Part shown: one piece after another, positions 1-9,965 of the stretch | How positions within the stretch are numbered: the first letter of the stretch is position 1 | Layout: each line of letters opens with the position of its first letter | Origin: Eledone cirrhosa | Taxonomy: Eukaryota | Direction of reading: 5' to 3' | DNA: 64,000 nt | Assembly: GCA_964016885.1 (NCBI GenBank) | Contig: OZ024742.1 | Span: forward strand, 361,894,001-361,958,000 | The notes under the pieces: generated by a model | Told to the model about the DNA's origin: nothing | Database searches by the model: none | The model's input: only the letters and a program-made list of their open reading frames with translations | Program-made: the position numbers and the translations under genes

Positions 1-49
1 TAATAGTGAAAGAGTGAAGAATAACATGGTCAACAGTACAAAGTGGGTT

Positions 50-166
50 TTATTTACAGTATTAATAATTGTTTCATTGATTAGGGTGTCTAAAAATTGC
101 TAATCACTTGAAGTTGTGTCACTCAATTTTAATTACAATGTATGCCAAATCAAATCATCAGAATAA
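50..166 (-). ncRNA. Type I hammerhead ribozyme (PLE 3' end copy)
   Basis: Minus strand reads ttatt-CTGATGA-t-ttgatttgg...cctaatcaa-t-GAAAC-a...t-GTA-aataa. Same motif as 1004-1120, with one mismatch in helix II. Confidence 0.7.
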
Positions 167-646
167 CTGATTAAAATTAAAATTACACGCGGCGTTTGTA
201 ATATACTAGGAAAATTCAAATCACAACATCAGTAATAAAGAAAGAAAAAGAAAAAAAAAGAAAAAGAGAGAAAAAAAAAATAATAAACAAGTTAGAATGA
301 AGATGATAAAAAATAAGTAAAACAAAATATATGTGTGTGAAAAAAGTGAACATAATATAATTGTTGAAAATAGTTGTGGGGGTGGTGGTTAAAGTATAAA
401 GATGTGATGTTATAAATATGAAAATATTAAATATATACATATATGTATTGGTTAAATTATATTAAGAAGAAATAGTACAGTGCTAAATAAAGGATAAATT
501 AATAAATTGGAAATTATGTGAGAGGTGAAGAGAACATGATAGGATATAATGGAAGAGGTGAAATAGTTTTAGGGAAAGAGAATGAAAGAAAGAAAGATTA
601 AGAGGTTATGATTAGGAGGTTCAGTGATTAGTTAATCTATTGACAG

Positions 647-955
647 TTAATAATAATGGGTTAATATAATAGACTCTAAGTGATTCAGTTTGAATAATGG
701 GATTGTTGGATCGAATCCTGTTGGTTTGAAATTTGCGAATTTACTAGCTGCTTTATGCCTACAGAAAATTGACCGTTCTATTTTGCTGTTAAGCAGCATT
801 TTGTCATATTTTAAAATATGGATCAACACCATATTGCAAAGTCCGCAGTGGGACATTCCATTTTTGTAGGTCTTTGCCCCCGACAGTTTCGACCAGCTAA
901 TCCCGTATTCTTGGTTTGTATCTTTAAGCTGTCAGATTTCATTAGCGAGCGTTGT
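647..955 (-). pseudogene. C-terminal remnant of a PLE GIY-YIG endonuclease domain
   Basis: Continuous frame TTLANEI*QLKDTNQEYGISW...YKNGMSHCGLCN...ILKYDKMLLNSKIERSIFCRHK. This matches the PLE C-terminal pattern T.L...IW.LK....W......Y......CxLC......LN.+.E....CRH, with TGA replacing the conserved Trp. Confidence 0.75.
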
Positions 956-1003
956 TGTGAATTTTCCTAGTATATTACAAACGCCGTGTATAATTTTAAT
1001 CAG

Positions 1004-1120
1004 TTATTCTGATGATTTGATTAGGCATACATTGTATTTAAAATTGATTGACACAGCTACAAGTGATTAGCAATTTTTAGACACCCTAATCAATGAAACA
1101 ATTGTTAATACTGTAAATAA
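1004..1120 (+). ncRNA. Type I hammerhead ribozyme (inverted pseudo-LTR copy)
   Basis: Helix I ttatt 1004-1008 / aataa 1116-1120; core CTGATGA 1009-1015; helix II ttgattagg 1017-1025 / cctaatcaa 1085-1093; GAAAC 1095-1099; helix III ACA/TGT; GUA triplet 1113-1115, so cleavage is predicted after 1115. Confidence 0.8.
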
Positions 1121-1160
1121 AACCCTTTTTGTACTGTTGACCATGTTATTCTTCACTCTT

Positions 1161-1164
<4 letters not shown>

Positions 1165-1195
<31 letters not shown>
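1165..1195. repeat. (TA)n microsatellite separating the two PLE remnants
   Basis: Pure TA run seen directly. Confidence 0.95.
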
Positions 1196-1197
<2 letters not shown>

Positions 1198-1198
<1 letters not shown>

Positions 1199-1491
1199 TA
1201 AGATTTAATACCCACAAACACAGTTTTAAAAATGCCGCATTAGCTAATACAACATCCTTGGCTGAAATAATTAATAATTATAGAAAAAAGAATATCGATT
1301 ATAACCTGACCTGGAGTGTGTTCAAAAGGGCCACCCCTTATCAAAATAACAGATATGAGTGTAGATTATGTTCCCAGGAACTTTTTGAAATAATGAAATC
1401 TAAGGATATCCTATTAAATAAGCGACAAGAATTAATTATATCGTGCAATCATAGAATTAGAAGAATTTTCAAATATTATAAACCTAATTAA
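1198..1491 (+). pseudogene. C-terminal fragment of a PLE GIY-YIG endonuclease (open frame, 5'-truncated)
   Basis: VRFNTHKHSFKNAALANTTSLAEII...YNLTWSVFKRATPYQNNRYECRLCSQE...LLNKRQELIISCNHR shows the RxxxHxxSF, CxLC, LNKRxE and CxH motifs typical of PLE ORFs. Confidence 0.85.
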
Positions 1492-1628
1492 TATACACCT
1501 TACACTTGTATTTTACAAATTATTATAATTAGTTTTTTTAATTTAATTAACCTATAATTAGTATTTTACTACTGAGAACTTCATAATTTTATTTCCCCTT
1601 TACAGCTATCTTTTCCTAAAATTAATAC

Positions 1629-1981
1629 CTATAAGTATACATATAAACTATTTTAATTTCCTGTTATGAATCTAAATTCCTTGTAGTCTATATAAGTTTG
1701 TTATTTGTCACTAATACATTTATCCCCGCCAAATTTTTTTTCCTTCGTTTTTAACAACATTCTTTAATAACATCTAAATCTTATTTATCACATCTATATG
1801 AATTAATATAAATTTATCCCTATAAGTATACCTATCAATTAAATTAATTTAATTTCTTTTTATAGATCTAAATTCCTTATGTTTTAAATAAGATTGGTAT
1901 TTCTAACTAACACATTTATCCTAAAATTTTATTCTCCTTCGATTTTAACATTAGCATTATTCCTTAATAACATCAAATTTT
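1629..1981 (+). repeat. Diverged tandem duplication (about 190-bp period) in the PLE 3' region
   Basis: ctataagtatac...atctaaattcctt...acatttatcc...tccttcg...ttaataacatc occurs at about 1629-1780 and again at about 1820-1980. Confidence 0.8.
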
Positions 1982-2213
1982 CGTGTACCTTTCACCGGCT
2001 TGACCTCTTTTCATCCCCAAAGTAATCTTTTCATTCAAAGTATTCTTTCCATTCAAAACTGAAGTCTGCATTCCTCTACCCCTAAATTAAATTTCTACTA
2101 CTACTATTCTATCAACTTGACCACTTACTACTTTTCTATTGGTCAATTCAAAACTTGTTCCCAAACAGACCTATTATATTAAATCTGTGTTGGTTTTTTT
2201 CAATAAACAAATA

Positions 2214-2349
2214 TCATTATTTCTGAAGACAGCATATATATGTGTAGGTATGTATATTCCCTCTGATAGTTTGTAAAATTTTTACATAGATCTATATGAT
2301 ATACATACCAACACACATATATATCCTAGAAACGATCGTAAAATGATGA
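2214..2349 (+). ncRNA. Type I hammerhead ribozyme with very long helix II and minimal palindromic helix III
   Basis: Helix I tcattattt 2214-2222 / aaatgatga 2341-2349 (9 bp, one G-U); CTGAAGA 2223-2229; helix II atatatatgtgt/acacatatatat plus ggtatgtatat/atatacatacc; GAAAC 2329-2333, gatc, GTA 2338-2340 (ACGATCGT palindrome); cleavage predicted after 2340. Confidence 0.85.
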
Positions 2350-2535
2350 ATTTTTTAATATAAGGAACTGTTTCTTTATTTTTATTCATTGTTTTTATTA
2401 ATTTATCTTGACTCTGTTTTCCTGTGATTTTCATCGAAAACACTTTTGAATACATCTTCTCTTTTCATGATATTTGGATTACATTGAGTTCTTCATACGG
2501 ATTGGACACTACCGTATATTTTGGTAGATTTATCT

Positions 2536-2571
<36 letters not shown>

Positions 2572-2578
<7 letters not shown>

Positions 2579-2710
2579 TGAGGTTGTCTGTCTGTCTACT
2601 AAAACCTTCGGCACACATCTCCTCTTAAACCGTACGTTCAAATTTCGGTGAAATTGCTACACTTATAGATAAAGGTCCGGCGGAACCATCGGTCAAATAA
2701 ATTTTCAAAT
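2572..2710 (+). repeat. Extra tandem copy of the Helitron 5' terminal segment
   Basis: ataaaactgaggttgtctgtctgtctactaaaaccttcggc...attttcaaat is near-identical (2 substitutions seen) to about 2748-2886. It emerges from the (TA)n run at 2542-2574. Confidence 0.9.
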
Positions 2711-2734
2711 AAGTTCTTGTTTTTGATTATGTCA

Positions 2735-3859
2735 TCTATCTATATATATAAAACTGAGGTTGTCTGTCTGTCTACTAAAACCTTCGGCACACATCTGCTC
2801 TTAAACCGTACGTTCAAATTTCGGTGAAATTGCTACACTTATAGATGAAGGTCCGGCGGAACCATCGGTCAAATAAATTTTCAAATCGACCCACGCCAAG
2901 TGTAAAAATCGAATTTGTAATGTATTGATTTTTCAGTTCAAACGTATAAATAGAGATGAGAGACGAGTTATTTCCCTTTTATGGCGTCATTTGCTTATCT
3001 ATTTATGTTACGTATAAACGACGCAGTGGACCGAGAAGATCAATTTCATGCAAAGACAAGACCAAGTTTATGGTGTAAATGGAGTCGTTAGACTAATATT
3101 CTATTTAAAATAACCGAATGATTTCCAGCCCCGGAGTTTAAGAATGATGTAAATAAAATTGTAAACGAAAATGACAGGTTATTAAAATAGTTGTTTCTAC
3201 TTTTGGCACAAGGCCAGCAATTAAACAGTACATTACTGGTACTTTATTTTATCGACCCCGTAAGGATGAAAGGCAAAGTTAACCTCGACGGGATTTTAAC
3301 TTTGCCTTAACATAGTAAAAATAAATAGTGAAGATTTAGGCCAGTACATATGTATGCACCGACGAACATACACATACTTATACATACGCACACACAAATA
3401 CATACACACACACACACGTGCGCGTGCGCGCCTGTGTGTAAACCTTATGCATTTCTACAGTATTTTCACCAAACTTAAGACATAGGTTACTCATGTACTC
3501 CGGATGGTCATGGACACTTTCATTTTTCCAGATATTGATTATAGGGCCTCCCGACGGATAACGCCCTTTAACCACTTCCTTAGAGTCGACTGAAGCACTG
3601 CAGTGCAATGCAAAAAAAACGTCATAACTTCTGGAGTTCGCAACCGATTTTCACAAAACTTGACACATGGGATACGTTGAATGTGAACTCTCAGAATTGG
3701 CACATATTGAGTAGGGGACCCCTGAGGGCAGGAACCCCCTTTTGGAAAAAGTCGATGAGTTTATAAAAGTATAGTTTTCGAAGCAGCACTGAAGTATTGA
3801 CATACATGGTATACATAACTGCTATTTAATACCCGAGCAACGCCGGGTACCTCTGCTAG
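2735..3859 (+). mobile_element. Non-autonomous Helitron
   Basis: A|TCTATCTATATATATAAAAC 5' end at 2735 followed by (GTCT)n; subterminal GC-rich hairpin tacccg-agcaacgc-cgggta at 3830-3849; CTAG|T 3' end at 3856-3859. The element sits between A and T with no TSD. Confidence 0.75.
3191..3301 (-). mobile_element. 3' part of the tRNA-derived SINE, inside the Helitron
   Basis: ttgtttctacttttggcacaaggccagcaatt...atcgaccccgtaaggatgaaaggcaaagttaacctcgacgggattttaact matches the SINE copies at 16575-16936 and 62921-63102 and is truncated at the B box. Confidence 0.9.
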
Positions 3860-4640
3860 TATATATATATAATTTCTCTGTTCTTTGTTCATCGCAATCT
3901 CCTCTATAATTCCCAGTGTTCAATTCCGCAATCTGTGAAATATTGTAACGTTGTACCGCCATCTTTGACATGTACCATCTCTGATTCATTGAACTATATA
4001 AGATTATCTCATACATATGTGCGACATGTTCCCTATTATATATGGTATCACATTCTACATAAACGTGTTGCAATGATGTATTATATATATATATATATAG
4101 TGACGAAACATAAGTCAATTGCATGAACTCATAATCCTTTATTTACTGGTATATATATTTCGATGATAGCCATTGAATGGCTATGACCGCACCAGGCAGT
4201 TAGTCAGTTCTTAGATATGCCAGCTCTGTGTTTATGGTGTTGATGGTATCAGAGCCTTGGGACATATGACCTTGTTAGAAATAATTTAATGTTGTCAGCA
4301 AGAATAATCTTAATTCTCATTGGTCAGTTTGTAGGTGCTAGTAGGGTTGGTATTTGACCTCAAAGAGGCAGGTGGTGTTGTAAAGTTAAAACCGTCAGGC
4401 AAGATGACAATAGTTCCATATGACTGATTTTCACAAAAAGCATTCCTGGTCAGATATATATTCAATTAAGGTTAATAGTATGAAATAGATACTACAGGTC
4501 ATTCTTAAATGTATATATATACATTTTATATATATATATATATACATTTTATCCCGGGTTCAATCGGAGGTAACCATAGTAATTAAGGTACTCAATATAT
4601 ATATATATACATTCACACACACACACAGATATATATGTGC

Positions 4641-4680
4641 AGATAGAGATAGAGATAGATATATAGATAGATAGATAGAT
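4641..4680. repeat. (GATA)n microsatellite at the 3' junction of the Tx1-like LINE
   Basis: Seen directly. It follows AATAAA (4693-4688) on the minus strand. Confidence 0.9.
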
Positions 4681-4922
4681 AAATTTCTTTATTAGCCACA
4701 AGGGCACAAAAGAAGGGGACAAATACAAATGGGGAGTTTACATACAGGTATATGAAAATAAAACTATTAATAAAATAACAAATAACAATTGAAATCCCCA
4801 ATATGGGGGGGGGGGGGAGGCGTTACACAGGGGTTGTACACACCCCGAAAAAATGTACAACCCTCATCTCCAGGAGCACCAAGAGTGAGTACTCCCCTCC
4901 TCTCTATCTCTTTTTCTTCAAC

Positions 4923-7900
4923 CTACAGGCTTATATAGAGAGAAGGCCCAGCCACTCGAGCCATCTTTTCCACATTCACCCACCTTTTATAAAATTTGCT
5001 GGGGCACAGCACCTCTCTCTCCATCCTGATTCTTCTTCCAAAATGATATTTGAAAAAACGAATCAGTTGCTCGCCGGAGAGAAAGGTATCTGACCTCAGC
5101 CCTTTTAACCCTCGTCCACCATATAACCTCTTTCACCATAGCCATAACACATAGGAAAACCGCCTCCCCTTCGTTTTTGAAGGAGGGTGGCGGTTTGATC
5201 ATGACAATGGACTCGGTTATCAACTGGATTGGTCCCACCCGCGACAATAGTCGTTCTACATAGCCCCACAGGTCGGTAACGCCCGGGCAGTTTACAAATG
5301 CGTGCGCGACGGTTTCCTCGTCGCGTACGCATTTCAGACAGATCTTTTTCGAAGGGTCCCTTCCCGGGCGCCCGTGTCTGTAGAGCTTGTCTCGAACTGG
5401 TAGAGCTCCTCGGTAGCACTGCCAGGCCAGGGACTTTTGGAAGTTGTCCATCGGTCCCGAGCGGAAGGTTCTACCGAACAGACTGGCCAGTTCGTCTTCC
5501 TCTACGCCTAGAGTTTCTCCAAGCGCGTCGTCGCACTTGCTGTGGACCAACCCTCTATAGAATGACGAAGTGGAGTCTCCACTGATCGCCGGGTCCGCCT
5601 GCCAGAGGGCTGTGAGCGCCTGAGCACATTCGATGTGCCAGTCACCCATTTTCCTCGGTCTTTTCTTGACCCAGGACTGCAGCTCGGTCAGCGAGACGAG
5701 TCGTGGGAAGGCTCGCCTCACGAACGGGGCCCACACCGGTTGTCCAGTGAAGAATACGTGGAGGTGCCGCAGCCAAAGCGCGTGGTTGCGCATCGTCAGC
5801 CACTGCAGCCCCAGCCCTCCGTTTGAAGGGTGTTGGCAGCAGATGGATCTTCTCACCAAAGGAGCCCGCTTCTTCCAAAGGAATTGGAAGAACGCGCGCT
5901 CCATTTTGGTGAGCGTTTTGGCTGGACAAGGCACGACGGTCAAGCGGTAGTAGATGACGGACGCTATAAAAGTGTTCGCCAACTCCGCTCGACCTTTCAA
6001 GGATAGTTTACACTCGGCCCATTTCTGGGTGAGAGCAAACACCTTGGCCGTCACCTCGTTCCAGTTCTTCACCCGGATGCCCGGACCAAACCAGACCCCG
6101 AGCAGCTTTACCGGTCCTTCCGTCCAGCGTCCGACGACGCCATCGGAAGGCATCGGTTTGCCTCTCCACGTTCCGAGTTACAAACCGACGGATTTGTCCC
6201 GGTTCAGCTTCACTCCTGTGAACCTTTCGTATTCCTTCAGTAAGGTGCCGACCTCCCCGATTTGCGAGGTGCTCGACACCATTACTCTAACGTCGTCGGC
6301 GTAGGCCGACGCCGCTTTTCGCAGGTTCCAAAGGGATGCCCTGCAATAGCTCCAACCTCCGCAGTAGTGGTTCGAGAGTCAGTACGTACAGAAGGGAGGA
6401 GAGAGGGCATCCCTGTCGGATGGATCGCGTGATATGAAACAGCGTCGAGAGGTAGCCGTTCACCTTGACTCTTGAGTAGATGTTATTGCTGTGCATTGCA
6501 GTAATCCAGCCCCTGAACACGGGTCCGAAACCTGCCGCCTCGAGCACCGCATCTAGGTAACGATGGTCAACCCTATCGAAAGCCTTAGACTAATCCAAGT
6601 TGATCAGGGCCCCACCGAAGCCGGGTTTACACGCTACCCTCTCTATGATGTATCGCATTAGGTGGAGGTTGTCGTGTATGGACCTGGTCGGGATTGCGCA
6701 TGTCTGCGCTTCTCCCACCAGGTTTTCGACGACAAGCGCCAGCCTCTTTGCCAACACCTTGGCCAAAATCTGTAACTCTGTGTTGAGCAGAGTTATGGGC
6801 CGGAAGTTGCCTATGTCATCCCCCTTATTCTCGTCCTTCCTGACTAACGTGACTACGCCCCTGGTCACAGAACTGGGAATTCTTCTGTTCTGTTGCCAGT
6901 TGCAGTAGACCGTTTCCAGGAGACCGGAGAAGCCCGGCATTGCTACGTAAAATTCGTAGGGTAGACCGTCGAGACCTGGAAATTTGCGTTTGCCGCATTG
7001 GCTCAGCGCGTCCCCTATCTCAGCGGCCGAAATCGGCCTTTCGCAGAACTTCACCTTGCTGTCCTAGAGTCGCGGTAGGCCGTCGAGGTATGGACCGAAA
7101 TCCATAGCCCCTCCCGGCGCGCCGACCTGCCCGAACAATTGAGCAAAGTGCCGCTGAAAGGCCGCGCACATCTGATTCGGCTCACGTATCACGCGTCCAT
7201 GTTGGTCCTTCAAAGACCGAATCGTGGACTTGTTTCCACTTTTCACCTCCGTCACTCGGGCCCAGCTAACAGCTTTGGCTCCCTCGTTTCCCAGAGCTCA
7301 TATTTTGCTTCTGACAACGCAGCCTTCATGCTTTGCGTCGAAGAACTGGTCTAAGGCCGTTCTCGTCGCTAGCACGCTGGCTACGTTGCCACTCCTAAGT
7401 GCCTCTTCTACTTTATCTACCAGTTCCTTTTCGGTCTTATTTCTATCTAACACTAATTATTTACTAAAAGCTATCGAGTCTAATCTAACTGCCCTTTTGA
7501 GAGAGTACCACCATCTGTTGTTGACAATGGCCCCCGTCAAGTGCTGCTTTACTAAGGTGCTAATCTACTGTAGGCTTTGCATGTCGGTAACGACAAGTTC
7601 AGCTTCCAGTAGCCGGGTCCCTGTCTATGGGTTTTGTCAAGGTTGACTAAGCAGGTCACTAATTTGTGATCTGAATAGGCAACCATGAACATTTGTGGAC
7701 AGCTTAACATGTCCCTATCCTTCTTTCTAACTAGAACCCTATCTATGTACGATCTAGATGTTCCGCTACGATTAGACCACGTCCATAGTGGCACAGTCGG
7801 AAAATCTAGTCGATATCTGTCGGCCGATTAACTGTTTGAGCCTGTTACACCCTTTTATCGGGACATACTCCCAACGTGCATCTAGAATTCCATTCCAGTC

Positions 7901-8320
7901 CCCCACTAAAAGCAAGAAGCGGGACGTTCCCAGAAAAGTCTCTAGACGTTTGAAGAAGTCTGGCCGCGGGGTCCCGGATGGGGCATTTGCGGTCACCAGC
8001 CTGAAGGCTCCACCTTCGCTACCGTCAACGGCTAGGACCACTAGTCGACCCTCCGGGTCCAGATGTACCGTCTGTGTTACGAGGTCCAAGTGTTTCCGCA
8101 GCAAAACGGCAACCCCTCCCGCACCTCCCGGCTGACAGAGAGATGCGTAGATCTCAAAGTCGTCGAAGATGGGGGCCAGTTGTCGCTCGCTGTGGATCCT
8201 GGACTCGCAAATGGCTACTACATCCATACTGTGCGACCTGAGATCGTTTAAGAGTTTGCCCTGTTTCCAGGGCATCCCCAGGCCGCGTACATTCACACAT
8301 TCAACTCTTATATTGGCCAT
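4923..8320 (-). pseudogene. Tx1-like ORF2 (AP endonuclease - reverse transcriptase - Zn finger), broken by several stops and frameshifts
   Basis: APE motifs NVRGL, ICES, GGVAVL, GDWN, SYIDRVL, SDH; RT motifs FRPITLLN, IRQGCPLS and SAYADDV at about 6309-6289; CLKC..EETVAHAFVNC; the final frame ends ...FYKRWVN...YISL* at 4923. Split over at least 6 ORF-track pieces. Confidence 0.92.
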
Positions 8321-8327
8321 GTTGGTG

Positions 8328-8364
8328 CTGAAAAGTTAAAAGAAGAGGAAAATAAATCACTCAC
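8328..8364 (-). other. Candidate 37-nt GT-AG intron between ORF1 and ORF2
   Basis: AG|GTGAGT donor (8364-8359), a pyrimidine tract, and a TTTTCAG|C acceptor (CAG 8330-8328) 7 nt before the ORF2 ATG. Splicing is inferred, not observed. Confidence 0.4.
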
Positions 8365-9341
8365 CTCTTCGTCTCCTGGGGACTAGGCTGCACAATTTCC
8401 ATGGGGGTGTTGGAGGGTATGTTTGGTGGGGTGGTGGTTTCTGGCGGGGTGGGGACGGAGGTATTTGGTGGGAAACCTTTGAAGAGGACGCGGTTGATTG
8501 GTTTCACGCAGGAATTCCCGACATCCTCTTCAAATGTTTCTTTTAGGGACCTATAAGTTCCTATAGGGACCCTGATCAGTTTTAGGTTCGTTTTTTTTTG
8601 TTTGTTTTTTTTTTTTTGTTTTTGTTGGAGCTATCCAAAGTTTTCCCTTCGGTTTTGACCAAAGGGTTGTTTTTGATGGTCTCCATCAGTGTTCTATTTT
8701 CTTCGTTTATGTAAGTGTATGTGTACTTTTCCTGTGTTGTGTTTGTTTTTGTCTGTGGTTCCTGCGTGTGTTTTCTCTTTGTTGTGGGTGTTTTGTTTTC
8801 GGGAGGGGGAACTGTTGTTTGTGATTTTTGTGCTGTTTGTGCTGGTGTTTGTGTGTTTGTTTCGTTTTTGTTCATGCGGTGCTTTCTTTTTTTTTCTTTT
8901 CACGGGTTGGAAGGGTTTCTCCTCATCGCAGCTGGGTGCCGTCGATAGGGGTTCCTCATCCGTGTTGATGGGTAGGGGTCTGTTTTGGGGTTCTGCAGTG
9001 TCTGTATGTGTTTTTGTATTCGTTTTGGGTGGGGAGGGGTTGGGTGGGATAGTGTTCTGTGTTGTTTTTCTTGTTGTGGTGGCGGTGGTGGTGGTTGTGT
9101 TGTTATTTGTGGTGTCGGAAAAAGTGGTTTCCTTTTTGTCAATTGAGGACAGGCAGCCCTTAGGTGACTTCTGCTTGCGCAGTGGTAACATGCGGGCCGC
9201 CTACCCTCACCCGAAATGTTTATGTAGGTCTGTCCATCCAGAGGTACTCCTTGTGGGATTTTCGCTATACGTTCTGGGCTCATCTGCACCAGAATTTCGA
9301 CGCTAGTCCCACTAAATATATCTCTGGAGGATTTTCCTACT
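8361..9341 (-). pseudogene. Tx1-like ORF1 remnant (zinc knuckle plus low-complexity C-terminus), frameshifted
   Basis: ...IPQGVPLDGQTYINISGEGRRPA-CYHCASRSHLRAAC (CCHC, 9190-9149), a Thr/Pro/Lys-rich tract, and a last open frame NLKLIRVPIG...MEIVQPSPQETKR* ending with TGA at 8363-8361. Confidence 0.8.
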
Positions 9342-9376
9342 GATAGATAGATAGATAGAGGGGGGAGAAAGGGAGG

Positions 9377-9412
<36 letters not shown>

Positions 9413-9419
9413 GAGAGAG

Positions 9420-9453
<34 letters not shown>

Positions 9454-9454
9454 C

Positions 9455-9492
<38 letters not shown>

Positions 9493-9500
9493 AAGAGAGA
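9342..9500. repeat. Compound purine microsatellite (GATA)n-(GA)n-(GAAA)n
   Basis: Seen directly. Confidence 0.95.
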
Positions 9501-9569
9501 ACTATATGTGAGCATCAAACTACATTTTCAATTTGAAAATGGTTGTTTTGTTCATTTATTACTGCTCGC

Positions 9570-9965
9570 CACACACACATACATACTCCTACATACACAC
9601 ACGCACACGCATACACATATACACACATGCACATACACACACATACACACATACACACATAACATACATACAAACATACGCACACACACATACACGCACA
9701 CATAGACACTCATATACATACTCCCACATACACACACGCACACGCATACACATATACACACATGCACATACACACACATACACACATACACATACATACG
9801 CACATAAACATACATACAAACATGCGCACACACACATACACGCACACATAGACACTCATATACATACATACACATACACATATACACAGACACACACATA
9901 GATACACACGCACATACACATATATAAGCACGCACATAGACAGACATACACACACACATGCATAC
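9570..9965. repeat. Degenerate (CA)n/(CATA)n tract with an internal duplication of about 130 bp
   Basis: catactcc(t/c)acatacacacacgcacacgcatacacatatacacacatgcac occurs at about 9582 and about 9717. Confidence 0.9.

Larger units (their letters stand above)
3..1167 (-). mobile_element. Penelope-like retroelement (PLE) 3' end with inverted terminal duplication (inverted pseudo-LTR); 5'-truncated, may continue left of the window
   Basis: GIY-YIG C-terminal remnant on minus at 955-647, followed by an AT-rich 3' region. Bases 3-228 are the reverse complement of 953-1167 with about 10 differences. Both arms carry a hammerhead motif. The right arm ends in (TA)n. Confidence 0.8.
1196..2540 (+). mobile_element. 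Second Penelope-like element 3' end (different family), 5'-truncated, flanked by (TA)n on both sides
   Basis: GIY-YIG C-terminal remnant at 1198-1491, a long AT-rich 3' region, a hammerhead at 2214-2349, and TA runs at 1165-1195 and 2542-2574. Confidence 0.8.
4681..9341 (-). mobile_element. Tx1-clade (L1 group) non-LTR retrotransposon, 5'-truncated within ORF1, decayed
   Basis: ORF1 remnant with a CCHC knuckle; ORF2 with APE, RT and C-terminal Zn motif; about 240-nt 3' UTR with AATAAA; (GATA)n on both flanks. Clade assigned by recognising motifs (PGLDGLPYEFY, LSLKGRAELAN, GGLGL). Confidence 0.9.

Noticed and set aside
4160-4190. Hairpin atagccatt-g-aatggctat preceded by cgatga, resembling a hammerhead helix II
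   Set aside because: Both core boxes are defective (no CTGATGA, no GAAA) and no helix I or III is evident.
4803-9306. Plus-strand ORFs overlapping the Tx1 element, and those at 18880-19497 and 59254-62155 overlapping the RTEs
   Set aside because: They are antisense shadows of retrotransposon coding sequence with no recognisable motifs.
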